Positions 37,630 to 47,875 of a stretch of 64,000 nucleotides of DNA are shown piece after piece; the stretch's first letter is position 1, and each line of letters begins with the position of its first letter. The notes beneath the pieces are model-generated. The model searched no databases and was not told the DNA's origin. It was given only the letters and a program-made list of their open reading frames with translations. The translations under genes were made by a program, and so were the position numbers. This DNA is from Aureibacter tunicatorum (GTDB taxonomy: Bacteria > Bacteroidota > Bacteroidia > Cytophagales > Cyclobacteriaceae): contig NZ_AP025305.1 in assembly GCF_036492635.1 (NCBI RefSeq), positions 3,798,000 through 3,861,999 on the forward strand. Reading direction: 5' to 3'.

Positions 37630-38856
37630 ATGAAAACGCTTAAATTTCTAAGTTATCTGACAGTATTGTTGTTTTTCACAAACTGCCAGAATCAGATAGA
37701 GGAACAAGCCGCTACTACTAAAAATCAAAACACCCTTTTCGAAATCGTAGTCAATCAACCTGATATTGCTAAGATAAGCGGAAGATCAGCCAATGAATCT
37801 CCATTTATCAAGCCCGTATACAATGAGGTTACTTATATCGGCTACAATATTTTTCATGACGGCGTGCAAGTAGTTGCTCAAACTCTAATCGCGAAAGTAG
37901 ATAATGACGGTATTTGTAGAATCACAGATCCTAATTTCAGTTTGAAATTGGATGCGCCTAAGGATTATGAGCTTATCAGACTAGAGCTTCTCAATGAAAA
38001 TCTTGAGCCGCTTTATTACTTGAAAGACGCTAAACCTGTTTCGTTCAGCACAGAAGTTGACCAACCAACAGTGATACAAGCTGAAGTAGTGAAGTATCAA
38101 GGCGATATGCCAAGAGAGGACGTGGACACGGTAAGCGCAGAGGTTGAAGCGAAAATCACTGGAGATATCCCTGTATATGTTGACTTCTTCGTTGATGATG
38201 TAATTCACTACGGTGAAGTGACTGTTGAAATCTTCGACTTGAACGACCAATTGATCAGCGAGCAAACGATTGTAACTAAGGCCGACGAGAAGGTTTACAT
38301 TACATTCCCTTCTATCGAAAACCATGAGGGCTACAATGTAAGATTCACTTCAAAGAGAAGCAAAGAAAGATCTGGAGAACTATCAAGAAAGCTAATCGTC
38401 AATGTAGATGGAATCGAAGTATACGCGGAAGGTCTGTTCGAGCATAAAATCTTGGAGCATGATTCTTTAACAGCGCATAACATCTATAATGGCTACAATC
38501 AAATGATCGACGAAGTGCCTTACAAAGCGATCAAGTTCGAAAGACATCCAACTGAGGATTCTACAGTCGTGCTTAACGACTACTCGGGACGTTTCACTCA
38601 AATCTTGACACCATGGTGGAAACCAAACGAGCCTTTGGAAATCAAGAAAATCAAGATTCTTGGCGAGCCTTATCCAAATGGTGGCGGAGTAATGAGAACC
38701 AACATTCTTATCACTATAGGCCGAGTTGGCATGGAAGACAAGAATTTCGCATTGGATGGATTCTATGAAAATGTGCCGGGAACGGAATTGATGGACATCA
38801 ACTTCGCTCAAAAGAACCCGAATATAAATTACACAAAAAGCTTAAGACTTTTGTAA
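37630..38856 (+). CDS. Hypothetical lipoprotein
   Basis: Internal ATG gives signal and lipobox 'MKTLKFLSYLTVLLFFTNCQ'. The ORF-track start 37555 lies upstream of the signal peptide. Confidence 0.5.
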   Translation: MKTLKFLSYLTVLLFFTNCQNQIEEQAATTKNQNTLFEIVVNQPDIAKISGRSANESPFIKPVYNEVTYIGYNIFHDGVQVVAQTLIAKVDNDGICRITDPNFSLKLDAPKDYELIRLELLNENLEPLYYLKDAKPVSFSTEVDQPTVIQAEVVKYQGDMPREDVDTVSAEVEAKITGDIPVYVDFFVDDVIHYGEVTVEIFDLNDQLISEQTIVTKADEKVYITFPSIENHEGYNVRFTSKRSKERSGELSRKLIVNVDGIEVYAEGLFEHKILEHDSLTAHNIYNGYNQMIDEVPYKAIKFERHPTEDSTVVLNDYSGRFTQILTPWWKPNEPLEIKKIKILGEPYPNGGGVMRTNILITIGRVGMEDKNFALDGFYENVPGTELMDINFAQKNPNINYTKSLRLL

Positions 38857-38861
38857 AACAA

Positions 38862-38889
38862 AAAGGCTTGCCAAATGGCAAGCCTTTTA
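38862..38889 (+). terminator. Rho-independent terminator
   Basis: aaggcttgcca-aat-ggcaagcctt followed by TTT. Confidence 0.75.
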
Positions 38890-38906
38890 CGATCTTATAT
38901 TACTTT

Positions 38907-40406
38907 TTAATTAATATCCCACCAAACTTTTCCATCTAAACGATCACCAGTCCACCCATTTGAAGAACTTTGGTCTTGAATAGCGTTTGTCCAATTTATT
39001 CTATTAAGGGTCTGTTCATTTGTTGGGTAAGTAACCCTAACAGGGATCATATCATCAGATAGCGCTCCTTCATGAATGCCTCCTACTGGCAAAATCAATA
39101 TACCAAAATCCAATCGCCTCCATTCTATCCATCCTTGCTGGCCTTGACCATATAATGCAACCCACTTTTCATAACCTAAATCATTCTTCCAAGTTGATTG
39201 ATTTAAAGAAACAGCATCAACATAAACATCTGCTTCACTTACATCAACACCCCAAAACTCCATAGAAGACCTAACACCACTTTTCATATAAGTCAATGCA
39301 TCTCCTGCAATGAAGCCTCTAAGAACTGCTTCTGCCAAAATAAATTGTTGTTCCGAATATGAAATATAAACTCCTGGCAATGCTCCAACCCAACCTGGTC
39401 CAGGTTGAGAAACAGAAGTTTTAGCCATCTGAGCAGCTTCATCATCGGTTTGACCATAAGGTCTTCCTACAAATTGATCTGAATCTACAGCAGGGTTTGC
39501 ATATATTGGCAACCTTGGATCCATTTTTGGCAACATTTCATTTACCATAGTTTCTGAAAGTGAAAAATCAGAACGCCCCCCTAAATACTGACTTAATGGG
39601 TTATTATTTGGCTGGCTATCCATATAAGGAAATGAAGCTTCATCTGAAACACCAGAAAATAAAACACCCGACTGTAACACATCTTGAATTTCAGCTCTTG
39701 CAGTAGCTTCATCAACATCAGCCATCCTAATTGCAACTCTTAACCTTAGTGCATTAGCAAATTTTTGCCAACTACTTGGATCCCCAGAATATACTACATC
39801 TCCATCAATTAATTTTCCAGCAGGGTCTAATTGAGCAAAAGACTCTTTTAATTCCTTCAAAAGATCTGCATAAATTAATTCTTGAGAATCATAAACAGGA
39901 TTGCTTATTCCACTTTCAGCTTGAAAAGCTTCAGAATATGGTACATTTCCCCAAATATCAGTAATGTTTTGCATCATCCAAACCTTAAGGATACGAGCAG
40001 CTGCTATCATATTCTCATTTCTACCTTCTTCTGGTTTTGCATTTTCTTGCTCCATTATTTTCACAAGATCCATCACACCTCCAAGTTTTACAGTAGAGCC
40101 ATCAAGACCTGCATAATATTCAGACCACATATTATTAATAGATCCATCCCTTAGCTTAAACCTTGATTCTGCAGTATACTCTTGTTGTGCCCAATATTGT
40201 GACCAAAGCATACCAAATCTACCATTATTCCATTCATCTAATGTTCCATCCATCAATCCTTTTTGAGCTGATGTAAGCAAATATGCTGATGGTACTTCTT
40301 CTGGTCTATCAGGGTCTGTATTCAAGGCATCAAAATCATCATTGCAGGCAGTTAATGTTAAAGCCGAAAACAATACCAAAGACCACTTTTTATATATTCT
40401 TTTCAT
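38907..40406 (-). CDS. susD: SusD/RagB-family outer-membrane nutrient-binding lipoprotein
   Basis: Lipoprotein signal 'LTLTACNDDFD'. Roughly 500 aa with SusD-like composition (aromatic/Trp-rich). Immediately downstream of the SusC-like gene. Confidence 0.75.
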   Translation of the reverse strand: MKRIYKKWSLVLFSALTLTACNDDFDALNTDPDRPEEVPSAYLLTSAQKGLMDGTLDEWNNGRFGMLWSQYWAQQEYTAESRFKLRDGSINNMWSEYYAGLDGSTVKLGGVMDLVKIMEQENAKPEEGRNENMIAAARILKVWMMQNITDIWGNVPYSEAFQAESGISNPVYDSQELIYADLLKELKESFAQLDPAGKLIDGDVVYSGDPSSWQKFANALRLRVAIRMADVDEATARAEIQDVLQSGVLFSGVSDEASFPYMDSQPNNNPLSQYLGGRSDFSLSETMVNEMLPKMDPRLPIYANPAVDSDQFVGRPYGQTDDEAAQMAKTSVSQPGPGWVGALPGVYISYSEQQFILAEAVLRGFIAGDALTYMKSGVRSSMEFWGVDVSEADVYVDAVSLNQSTWKNDLGYEKWVALYGQGQQGWIEWRRLDFGILILPVGGIHEGALSDDMIPVRVTYPTNEQTLNRINWTNAIQDQSSSNGWTGDRLDGKVWWDIN

Positions 40407-40484
40407 AATTATTTCTAATATTAATGAGACAACTTTAAGTCAATCAAGCGTTTTCAATCCACAAAACGCTTGATCTTTGCAATC

Positions 40485-43400
40485 TTAAAATTTAAAATTC
40501 AAGTTAAATCCCCAAGAAGCTGTCATCGGTGTAGCAGCACCCTCCAAACCTTGAACATTACCTGAAGAAACTGCGTACTCAGGATCAATATGAGGCACTT
40601 CACTATAAAGCAATGCTAAATTCCTACCTACAACAGAGAATACCATATCCTGAATTCCAACCTTAGAAATCAACTTATTTGGTATTTTATATGCCAAACT
40701 AACTTCTCTCAATTTGATATAGCTTGCATCATAAACATCAGCTTCTGCAATATTATATCCATTATCATGTTGAAAGTATCTTTTTGCATCAACATTAATA
40801 TCATTAACAGAACCATCTCGCTTTACACCAGCAGCCACAATCCCTGTTTCTCTAATGTTATTCGCAGTCGTTTCTTCAAACATACCAGAATACCTACCCC
40901 ACATATTAGTTGTTGAGAAGATCTTTCCTCCAAATGAACCGTCAATTACAGCAGTTAATGTAAACCCTTTATATGATACGCTATTAGTTATACCACCTGT
41001 CCAGTCAGCCATAGCAGACCCTAAAGCAACTTTTTCTTCAGTAGCTAAATACAAACCATCATCGCCAACTATCTTATTACCATTTTCATCTCTTTGATAA
41101 GCTGTTCCATAAATAGTCGCATATGATTCTCCTTCTACAGCTTCAATTGTAACAGCAAATGGTGCTGTTCCCAACCTAAGAGTTTCTAAATTATCTTCAA
41201 GCTCAACTACTTTATTTCTATTCATTGCCCAGTTTACAACAACATCCCATTGGAAGCCTCCAGATGATTTTATCGGAGTCCCTGACAACATTAATTCAAC
41301 ACCTTTATTTGTCATCAAACCAGCATTGATATACTTATAGACGAATCCTGAAGCAGCAGATGTTTGAACTGGTATAATTTGATCATAAGATCTTGAGCTA
41401 TAAACTGTCGCATCCAATCCAATTCGATCTTGTAGAAATCTTAAGTCTAAACCTAATTCGAAAGATTCAGTAGTTTCAGGTTTCAGCTCAGAATTATTCA
41501 TTGTATTAGGTGTCGTGTAAATTGGGTTTCCACCAAAACCACCTTGAGGATTTGCAGGATAAGTTTGAGCTAATCTATAAGGGTCTGTGTCATTACCAAC
41601 ACTTGCCCAACCAAATCTCAATTTACCAAATGACAGCAAATTTGAATTTGCCAAAGAGCCTAACTCACTAAATACAAATGAAGTAGTTACAGATGGATAA
41701 AAGAATGAATTTTGTCCCCCTTCAGTTGGCAATGTTGAAGACCAATCGTTTCTAAAAGTTGCATCAACGAAAACCATATTTCTCCAACCAACGGAAGCAC
41801 TTCCAAATACACTATTCACAATCTTATCATATCCATCATCTATCGGAATTACAGAACCAACCGAATTTGTTAAAGTATATAAACCAGGAACACTTAAACC
41901 ATCTTGTGTTTCAGCATAGTTTCTTCTGTAAGACTTTGTTCTTCTATTCACACCCACAAATGCATTCAATGAAATCTCATTATCAAATGTTTTATTGTAA
42001 TTAGTTAAGAACTCATAATTATCTTCTTTAACTCTAATGACATCTTCAGAGTAATATCCTCTACCTTGTGCTTGATCTGTTCGAATCGATCCAACAGCTA
42101 ACCTCTCTCTTCTAGAATCTGTATAAAAATCTGTCATTGCTTTAGCTGAAACAGAAATTTCTTCAGTAATCTTATAATTCATTCCAACATTACCGAAAAA
42201 GCGCTCTCTATCATCATCTTGAAAATTTTCATAACGAACCCAATATGGGTTATTTGAATAAACTAGGTCTGGGTTATCAATACTACTTCTATTCCAACTT
42301 CTTTGACTACCGTCTGGGTTTTTATAGTTCTTATGCAAATCATTGCTCCACTGTCTTTGTCCCCACTGATTAAACTGCTGCATTACGTTACCATCATCAT
42401 AACCAGTACCTGGTCTTCCTTTCGCTCTGCTTGACACATAACTACCATTGGCATTTACTGTCAATTTATCATTTAGCTTCGTTGAACCTGCAAAATTAAA
42501 AGTATTTCTACTCATATGGCTATTTGGAAATATTCCAGTAATATCCTTATTAGTATAAGACAATCTAAAGTTAGCTTCATCATTACCTCCCTGAACAGCT
42601 ACATTATTTGTTAATGTTACACCTGTTTGAAAAAAATCTTTAACATTATCTGGATTAGCAACCCAAGGACTAGTAGTAAGTTGGCTTGTCAAACCTTGTT
42701 CATAATCATATATATTATGCCATTGAACTACTTGTTGACCTTGTAATTTAGGTCCCCAAGATTGATCCGCGTAAAAATTCACAACAGGTAAACCTGATTC
42801 AGGATCAATTGCAAACTCTTCAGAAGTACCACCTCCATACTCATTTTGATAACTTGGCAATAAGTTTACTTTTTCAAATGTCACACCTGAATTCACTGAA
42901 ACTCCAATTCCTTTCTTTCCTTTACCTGACTTTGTAGTAATAACAATTACACCATTTGAAGCTCTAGATCCATATAAGGCAGCCGCTGCCGCACCTTTAA
43001 GTACAGTCATTGAGGCAATATCATCAGGGTTTATATCTTGAGCAGCATTACCATAATCATACCCTCCAGCTCCTCTAGCCTGATTGGAAGTTCCAAAATT
43101 AGAGTTATCCAATGGCACTCCATCAACCACAAATAACGGTTGGTTATTACCTGTAATAGAACTCGCCCCTCTTATCAAGATTCTTGAGGACCCTCCCATA
43201 TTACTATTGCTGTTAATCTGAACACCTGCAACTTTACCAGACAAAGAATTGACAATATTTGTTTCTCTAACCTGTGTCAGATCTTCACTTTTAAGCTGTT
43301 GAGCGGAATATCCAAGAGACCTTTCATCTCTCTCAACTCCAAGGGCTGTTACTACAACTTCATCCAACTGTTTCACATCTGACGTCATTTCAACATCGAA

Positions 43401-43691
43401 CTTCGTCTGATTTCCAACTGTCACTTCTTGCGTTGTCAAACCGATGAATGAAAAAACCAATACTGCGGTTTCCGGTTCATCAATACTAATTGAAAACGCC
43501 CCCTCAAGGTCTGTGATAGTACCATTGGTTGTTCCTTTTACAACCACACTAACTCCTGGCAACGGCTCTCCGGAAGTCTCCTTCACCGTTCCCGTAACTG
43601 TTCTTCCCTGAGCCCATGTAGACCCAACTGTTAGAAGAACAAAAATCCAACTTAATAGTAGATTTTTACTCATTTTACGTGCTTTACTCAT
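40485..43691 (-). CDS. susC: SusC/RagA-family TonB-dependent outer-membrane transporter
   Basis: N-terminal carboxypeptidase-regulatory-like domain 'GTVKETSGEPLPGVSVVVKGTTNGTITDLEGAFSI'. TonB-plug region. 1068 aa. Terminal '...NFKF'. Confidence 0.85.
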   Translation of the reverse strand: MSKARKMSKNLLLSWIFVLLTVGSTWAQGRTVTGTVKETSGEPLPGVSVVVKGTTNGTITDLEGAFSISIDEPETAVLVFSFIGLTTQEVTVGNQTKFDVEMTSDVKQLDEVVVTALGVERDERSLGYSAQQLKSEDLTQVRETNIVNSLSGKVAGVQINSNSNMGGSSRILIRGASSITGNNQPLFVVDGVPLDNSNFGTSNQARGAGGYDYGNAAQDINPDDIASMTVLKGAAAAALYGSRASNGVIVITTKSGKGKKGIGVSVNSGVTFEKVNLLPSYQNEYGGGTSEEFAIDPESGLPVVNFYADQSWGPKLQGQQVVQWHNIYDYEQGLTSQLTTSPWVANPDNVKDFFQTGVTLTNNVAVQGGNDEANFRLSYTNKDITGIFPNSHMSRNTFNFAGSTKLNDKLTVNANGSYVSSRAKGRPGTGYDDGNVMQQFNQWGQRQWSNDLHKNYKNPDGSQRSWNRSSIDNPDLVYSNNPYWVRYENFQDDDRERFFGNVGMNYKITEEISVSAKAMTDFYTDSRRERLAVGSIRTDQAQGRGYYSEDVIRVKEDNYEFLTNYNKTFDNEISLNAFVGVNRRTKSYRRNYAETQDGLSVPGLYTLTNSVGSVIPIDDGYDKIVNSVFGSASVGWRNMVFVDATFRNDWSSTLPTEGGQNSFFYPSVTTSFVFSELGSLANSNLLSFGKLRFGWASVGNDTDPYRLAQTYPANPQGGFGGNPIYTTPNTMNNSELKPETTESFELGLDLRFLQDRIGLDATVYSSRSYDQIIPVQTSAASGFVYKYINAGLMTNKGVELMLSGTPIKSSGGFQWDVVVNWAMNRNKVVELEDNLETLRLGTAPFAVTIEAVEGESYATIYGTAYQRDENGNKIVGDDGLYLATEEKVALGSAMADWTGGITNSVSYKGFTLTAVIDGSFGGKIFSTTNMWGRYSGMFEETTANNIRETGIVAAGVKRDGSVNDINVDAKRYFQHDNGYNIAEADVYDASYIKLREVSLAYKIPNKLISKVGIQDMVFSVVGRNLALLYSEVPHIDPEYAVSSGNVQGLEGAATPMTASWGFNLNFKF

Positions 43692-44142
43692 AAATAATGG
43701 ACTAAAAATTGTTTGTTAAGTATCTCAAACTTAAGATAAAATATTATCAATCACAACTTTTACAATATTTTATTATCACTCAAATGAATAATTTTATCAC
43801 TTTTCAGGCTTTAATGACCTGCGTCATTTTATCTATATTCTAATAAAATCGCCTTTTTCAAGGCTTTTTTTAAAATATATTTAAGAATTGGTTAATTTTG
43901 TAAAAATTTAACAACTAAACTATCTGTCGAATGAAACAAAAAAATAAATACATAATTGACATTAATAAAAAATAAAATTATCAATAGTTGCTAAAAAAAT
44001 ACTTCAAATTGGTTTCAAAAATAAAAAAACCACCTTTTATGGTGGCTTAAAATTCTGATTAAAGAAGATGAACGAAACAAAATTCTTTACTTAAAGTAAA
44101 AAAGCAAAATAATATCACCATAAAAAAGCTTCAAGCGCAATA

Positions 44143-45183
44143 TTATTCTTCCTTCACAGCCTCGATTTTTTGCTTAGGCTTGGAACCGAACACTGGAACG
44201 AAAACTTTAAGTTGTGTATAGAATCCCAACTGAGAAACTCCCGGCCTATAACCAATTTCACCTCCATATCCCCAAGAAAATTTTCTATTAAACTTTCCAG
44301 CCACTCCAACTCTGAAACCAATCTTATTTCTTTCTATTGGTTCCAAATCCATTTCAACTCCTTTGTAAAATATAGGATCAATTTGAATTGAAGGCATCAC
44401 AATCAAATCGATAAACAAATCAAAAATCAAATCATCCACCAGCATATCGTAATTTCGAGAAGGCTTCATGATCACATTTTTGATCCATGACAATTGGACC
44501 CCTGCGTAAAATCCTGACGCAGCCATATTGGCAAACGCAGACGAGTTTCCATCCAACACTATCTCAGGAGCGCCTTCTTGCTGCACAGGCCCCAAAACCA
44601 AATTTTGTTTCGTCAAGACTTGATCCAACCTTATCCCTGTGTTATAATACATACCTCCCAAATGCAAGCCTATTACCTGCCTTACATCAGCAGGGACCTC
44701 CACATAATCGGGAACTCTTGATTTCCATTTAACTGATTTCAAATAATTGCGGCGATGAAGCACCATCTTAGCTTTCCCCTTTTCCAACCCATCAATCAAA
44801 TGAATATTAAAGCCAGCTTCCGCATATAAAAAAGGCTTTACATTAGAATCTACTTTATTGTTTTTAGCCGCCAAGTCCTTTACCATATCCGTTTGCTGAG
44901 CGTAAGCGGTCCTAACTGAAGCCATGAAATCCACTTTGTTTTTCCAAAAATACTCAATCTCCCCGCCATATCCCGCAGTGAAATTGGTCAGAAAGACTTC
45001 AGCGTATAAAGGCTGCAGCTTTAAATAGAAATTGTTGATATCATATGGATTATCATATATATCCTTGTAAGTTAGTTTTCTAGAACCTTGGCCATGGAGC
45101 TGATTAACAGCGAAAATGCTCGCAAACAAAGCCCAAAGAAAAACGACTTTGACAGGACCTTTAAAAGTAAAAATATGTTTCAT
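44143..45183 (-). CDS. Hypothetical outer-membrane protein
   Basis: Signal peptide from the internal ATG at 45183 ('MKHIFTFKGPVKVVFLWALFASIFAVNQLHGQ'). Beta-rich composition. Confidence 0.45.
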   Translation of the reverse strand: MKHIFTFKGPVKVVFLWALFASIFAVNQLHGQGSRKLTYKDIYDNPYDINNFYLKLQPLYAEVFLTNFTAGYGGEIEYFWKNKVDFMASVRTAYAQQTDMVKDLAAKNNKVDSNVKPFLYAEAGFNIHLIDGLEKGKAKMVLHRRNYLKSVKWKSRVPDYVEVPADVRQVIGLHLGGMYYNTGIRLDQVLTKQNLVLGPVQQEGAPEIVLDGNSSAFANMAASGFYAGVQLSWIKNVIMKPSRNYDMLVDDLIFDLFIDLIVMPSIQIDPIFYKGVEMDLEPIERNKIGFRVGVAGKFNRKFSWGYGGEIGYRPGVSQLGFYTQLKVFVPVFGSKPKQKIEAVKEE

Positions 45184-45321
45184 AAATTTCTCTTTTTCAT
45201 GACATTGCATTGTTATAAACAAATATAAAAATAAAATACACTTTTTATCGCTTATATTAATCCAATAGGTCAAATTCAATCATAAGGAATAAAAGACAAT
45301 ATATAAAAAGCAACATCTACA

Positions 45322-46614
45322 ATGAATGACAAAACAACTATCAACGCATGGTGCGCATACGATTGGGCAAATTCCGCATACATGCTTACAATCACATCAG
45401 CAATTTTTCCCATTTACTACAATGCCTCGACAAGATCGGCTTTCAATGGAGATACCATTCCATTCATGGGGCTTGAAATCAGCAACACAGTGCTATACTC
45501 CTATGCCTTGTCATTTTCATTTTTAGTTATCGTGCTGATTTCACCTATTCTGTCAGGAATTGCCGATTATGGCAATCTGAGAAAACCTCTTATGAAGACT
45601 TTTACTTATTTGGGTGCTTTTTCATGCATGGGCTTGTTTTTCTTTGAAGGCCATAATATCAACTATGGAATCACTCTAAGCATATTAGCCAGCATCGGCT
45701 ATGCTGGTTCATTAGTGTTTTATAATGCATATCTCCCGGAGATTTGCTCAAGAGATATGATTGACAAAGTTAGCGCAAAGGGCTATAGTTGGGGCTACAT
45801 CGGGGGAGTCATTCAATTAACTCTTAGCTTGATTGTTGTTCTCAGTCCGAAAACTTTCGGTATCACCAACGACTCTCTGCCCGCCCAAATCTCTTTCTTG
45901 TCTGTTGGTCTATGGTGGATTATTTTTTCGCAATATTCTTTCCGAAAACTTCCCGAAAACAATCATTCCGTGGAACCACAAAAAGCAAGCACTTTACTGA
46001 AAGGATATCAAAATATACATCGTGTATGGCAAGAAATTAAAGCGAAACCTTATATCAAAAAATACTTAACTGCTTTCTTCTGTTATAACATGGGAGTGCA
46101 GACTATTATGCTGCTTGCCGCTACCTTCGGCGAAAAGACACTTTCATTAAGCACTGGTGAACTTATTGGAACAATTCTAGCGATCCAATTCATCGCTGTT
46201 CCCGGGTCATACCTCTTCGCTAATATCTCTCGACGAAAATCCAACACTTACTCTATTATTATCATGCTCTTTCTGTGGATTATCGTATGCATAAACGCTT
46301 ATTTTGTCAATTCAGCGATACAATTCTTTATGCTCGCTTCACTTGTTGGTCTGATCATGGGAGGAATTCAATCATTGTCAAGAGCCACTTACTCCAAGTT
46401 AATCCCAAATGAAAACTCCAACAACACCTCTTATTTCAGCTTTTATGAAATTACCGAAAAGCTCTCCATTGTCGGCGGAACATTCAGCTTTGGCTTCATA
46501 GAAAGCTTAACAGGCAACATGAGGCATAGCACATTGCTATTAATGTTCTACTTTATCGTAGGCATCATATTGATGTTTAGGTTTAAGAGAAACGCGAGAG
46601 CTCACCAAGTTTAA
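45322..46614 (+). CDS. MFS transporter, UMF1 (Atg22-like) family
   Basis: 'INAWCAYDWANSAYMLTITSAIFPIYY' N-terminal signature and 12-TM organisation. Confidence 0.6.
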   Translation: MNDKTTINAWCAYDWANSAYMLTITSAIFPIYYNASTRSAFNGDTIPFMGLEISNTVLYSYALSFSFLVIVLISPILSGIADYGNLRKPLMKTFTYLGAFSCMGLFFFEGHNINYGITLSILASIGYAGSLVFYNAYLPEICSRDMIDKVSAKGYSWGYIGGVIQLTLSLIVVLSPKTFGITNDSLPAQISFLSVGLWWIIFSQYSFRKLPENNHSVEPQKASTLLKGYQNIHRVWQEIKAKPYIKKYLTAFFCYNMGVQTIMLLAATFGEKTLSLSTGELIGTILAIQFIAVPGSYLFANISRRKSNTYSIIIMLFLWIIVCINAYFVNSAIQFFMLASLVGLIMGGIQSLSRATYSKLIPNENSNNTSYFSFYEITEKLSIVGGTFSFGFIESLTGNMRHSTLLLMFYFIVGIILMFRFKRNARAHQV

Positions 46615-46616
46615 AT

Positions 46617-46645
46617 AAAAAGGAGGCCAAATGGCCTCCTTTTTA
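46617..46645. terminator. Bidirectional rho-independent terminator
   Basis: aaaaggaggcc-aaat-ggcctccttttt. Confidence 0.8.
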
Positions 46646-46670
46646 TTTTACAACTCTTCCCTAACACCTT

Positions 46671-47015
46671 TTAAGGCTGTTCAAAAAACAAATACTCTGT
46701 GGAATAATCACTGACTTCAAAGTATACCTTTTTCTTCTCATCCGCATCAATCTGCCCATTAAGATTCTGATCTAAATATCCATACCCATACCTATAAGGT
46801 CTATAAGTACCATCTTGAGTACCCGAGGCAGTGGACATTTTATCTATCTTCATAAATCTTTTCATTAGCTTGCCCCCACTGTACACTTCCAACACGCCAT
46901 TTGTACCTGTCCAATTCTGTATGGACCTTCCTATTCTGTTTTGAGTCTCTTGGGTACAGGCGCTAGCGACTAGCAAGCCTGCAAACAACAGCATTGACTT
47001 AAATTTTGCTTTCAT
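46671..47015 (-). CDS. Small secreted lipoprotein
   Basis: 'MKAKFKSMLLFAGLLVASACTQ' lipobox. 114 aa. Confidence 0.45.
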   Translation of the reverse strand: MKAKFKSMLLFAGLLVASACTQETQNRIGRSIQNWTGTNGVLEVYSGGKLMKRFMKIDKMSTASGTQDGTYRPYRYGYGYLDQNLNGQIDADEKKKVYFEVSDYSTEYLFFEQP

Positions 47016-47112
47016 TTTTTATAAAGAAAAATTAAAAATATTCTTATTTAAAAATCTATTATATCATAAAGAGACTCAATTACATAAAAATAAAACCAAT
47101 TTCAAAAACTTA

Positions 47113-47793
47113 TCAATAGTCTTGACTCATCGGGTGAATCATCAACTCATCCACGACCACGTGTTTTGGAGAGGAAAGAATATAATTTACAGCGTCAGCT
47201 ACATCATAGGGAGACAACCAGCCTTGCTTATGTTCCTCTCCAGGAGTTGATGCGGCAAAATGCGTATCAGTAAGACCTGGGTATATTGATGAAACTTTAA
47301 CATTGAATTCACGAACCTCGGCTCTTAAACTGGAAGTCATTGCATCTTGAGCATATTTACTGGCGCAATAGACGCTCCCCTCCGCAAACGTTCTTTTTGA
47401 AACATCAGAAGCTATCTGCACTATATGCCCCACCCTAGCAGCCTTCATGTGAGGCACCACATACTTGTTCATAAGAAAAGTTCCCTGAACGTTCACATCC
47501 ATCATTTGCTTGAAAACATCGCTTTCAATTTGCTCCAAAACACCAAAAGCGCCAATGCCCGCATTATTCACCAAAACATCCACTTGCCCAAAATCTTCAA
47601 TAATTTCGGCTATACGCTTTTTCACTTGTTGTTCATCAGAGATGTCGCAAGCGATCATTTTGAAATAATCCAAGCCAAGATCAACAACAGTTCTGGACAA
47701 ACCAACCACAAAATACTTTTCAGTCAACTTTTCAACAATCGCTCTCCCAATACCTTTGCCACAACCTGTAACCAATGCCACTTTCCTTCTCAT
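47113..47793 (-). CDS. Short-chain dehydrogenase/reductase (SDR) family oxidoreductase
   Basis: 'VALVTGCGKGIGRAI' Rossmann motif, 'NNAG', 'YCASK' catalytic motif. Confidence 0.8.
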   Translation of the reverse strand: MRRKVALVTGCGKGIGRAIVEKLTEKYFVVGLSRTVVDLGLDYFKMIACDISDEQQVKKRIAEIIEDFGQVDVLVNNAGIGAFGVLEQIESDVFKQMMDVNVQGTFLMNKYVVPHMKAARVGHIVQIASDVSKRTFAEGSVYCASKYAQDAMTSSLRAEVREFNVKVSSIYPGLTDTHFAASTPGEEHKQGWLSPYDVADAVNYILSSPKHVVVDELMIHPMSQDY

Positions 47794-47816
47794 CCTTTTA
47801 AAAATTTATGTTAACT

Positions 47817-47842
47817 AAAAAAGCCGGCTACCCGGCTTTTAT
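47817..47842 (-). terminator. Rho-independent terminator downstream of the M13 peptidase gene
   Basis: aagccggcta-cccggctttt, reverse strand gives the stem plus a T-run. Confidence 0.7.
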
Positions 47843-47875
47843 ATATTTCAATATCAATTCAGCATGTCAATTATA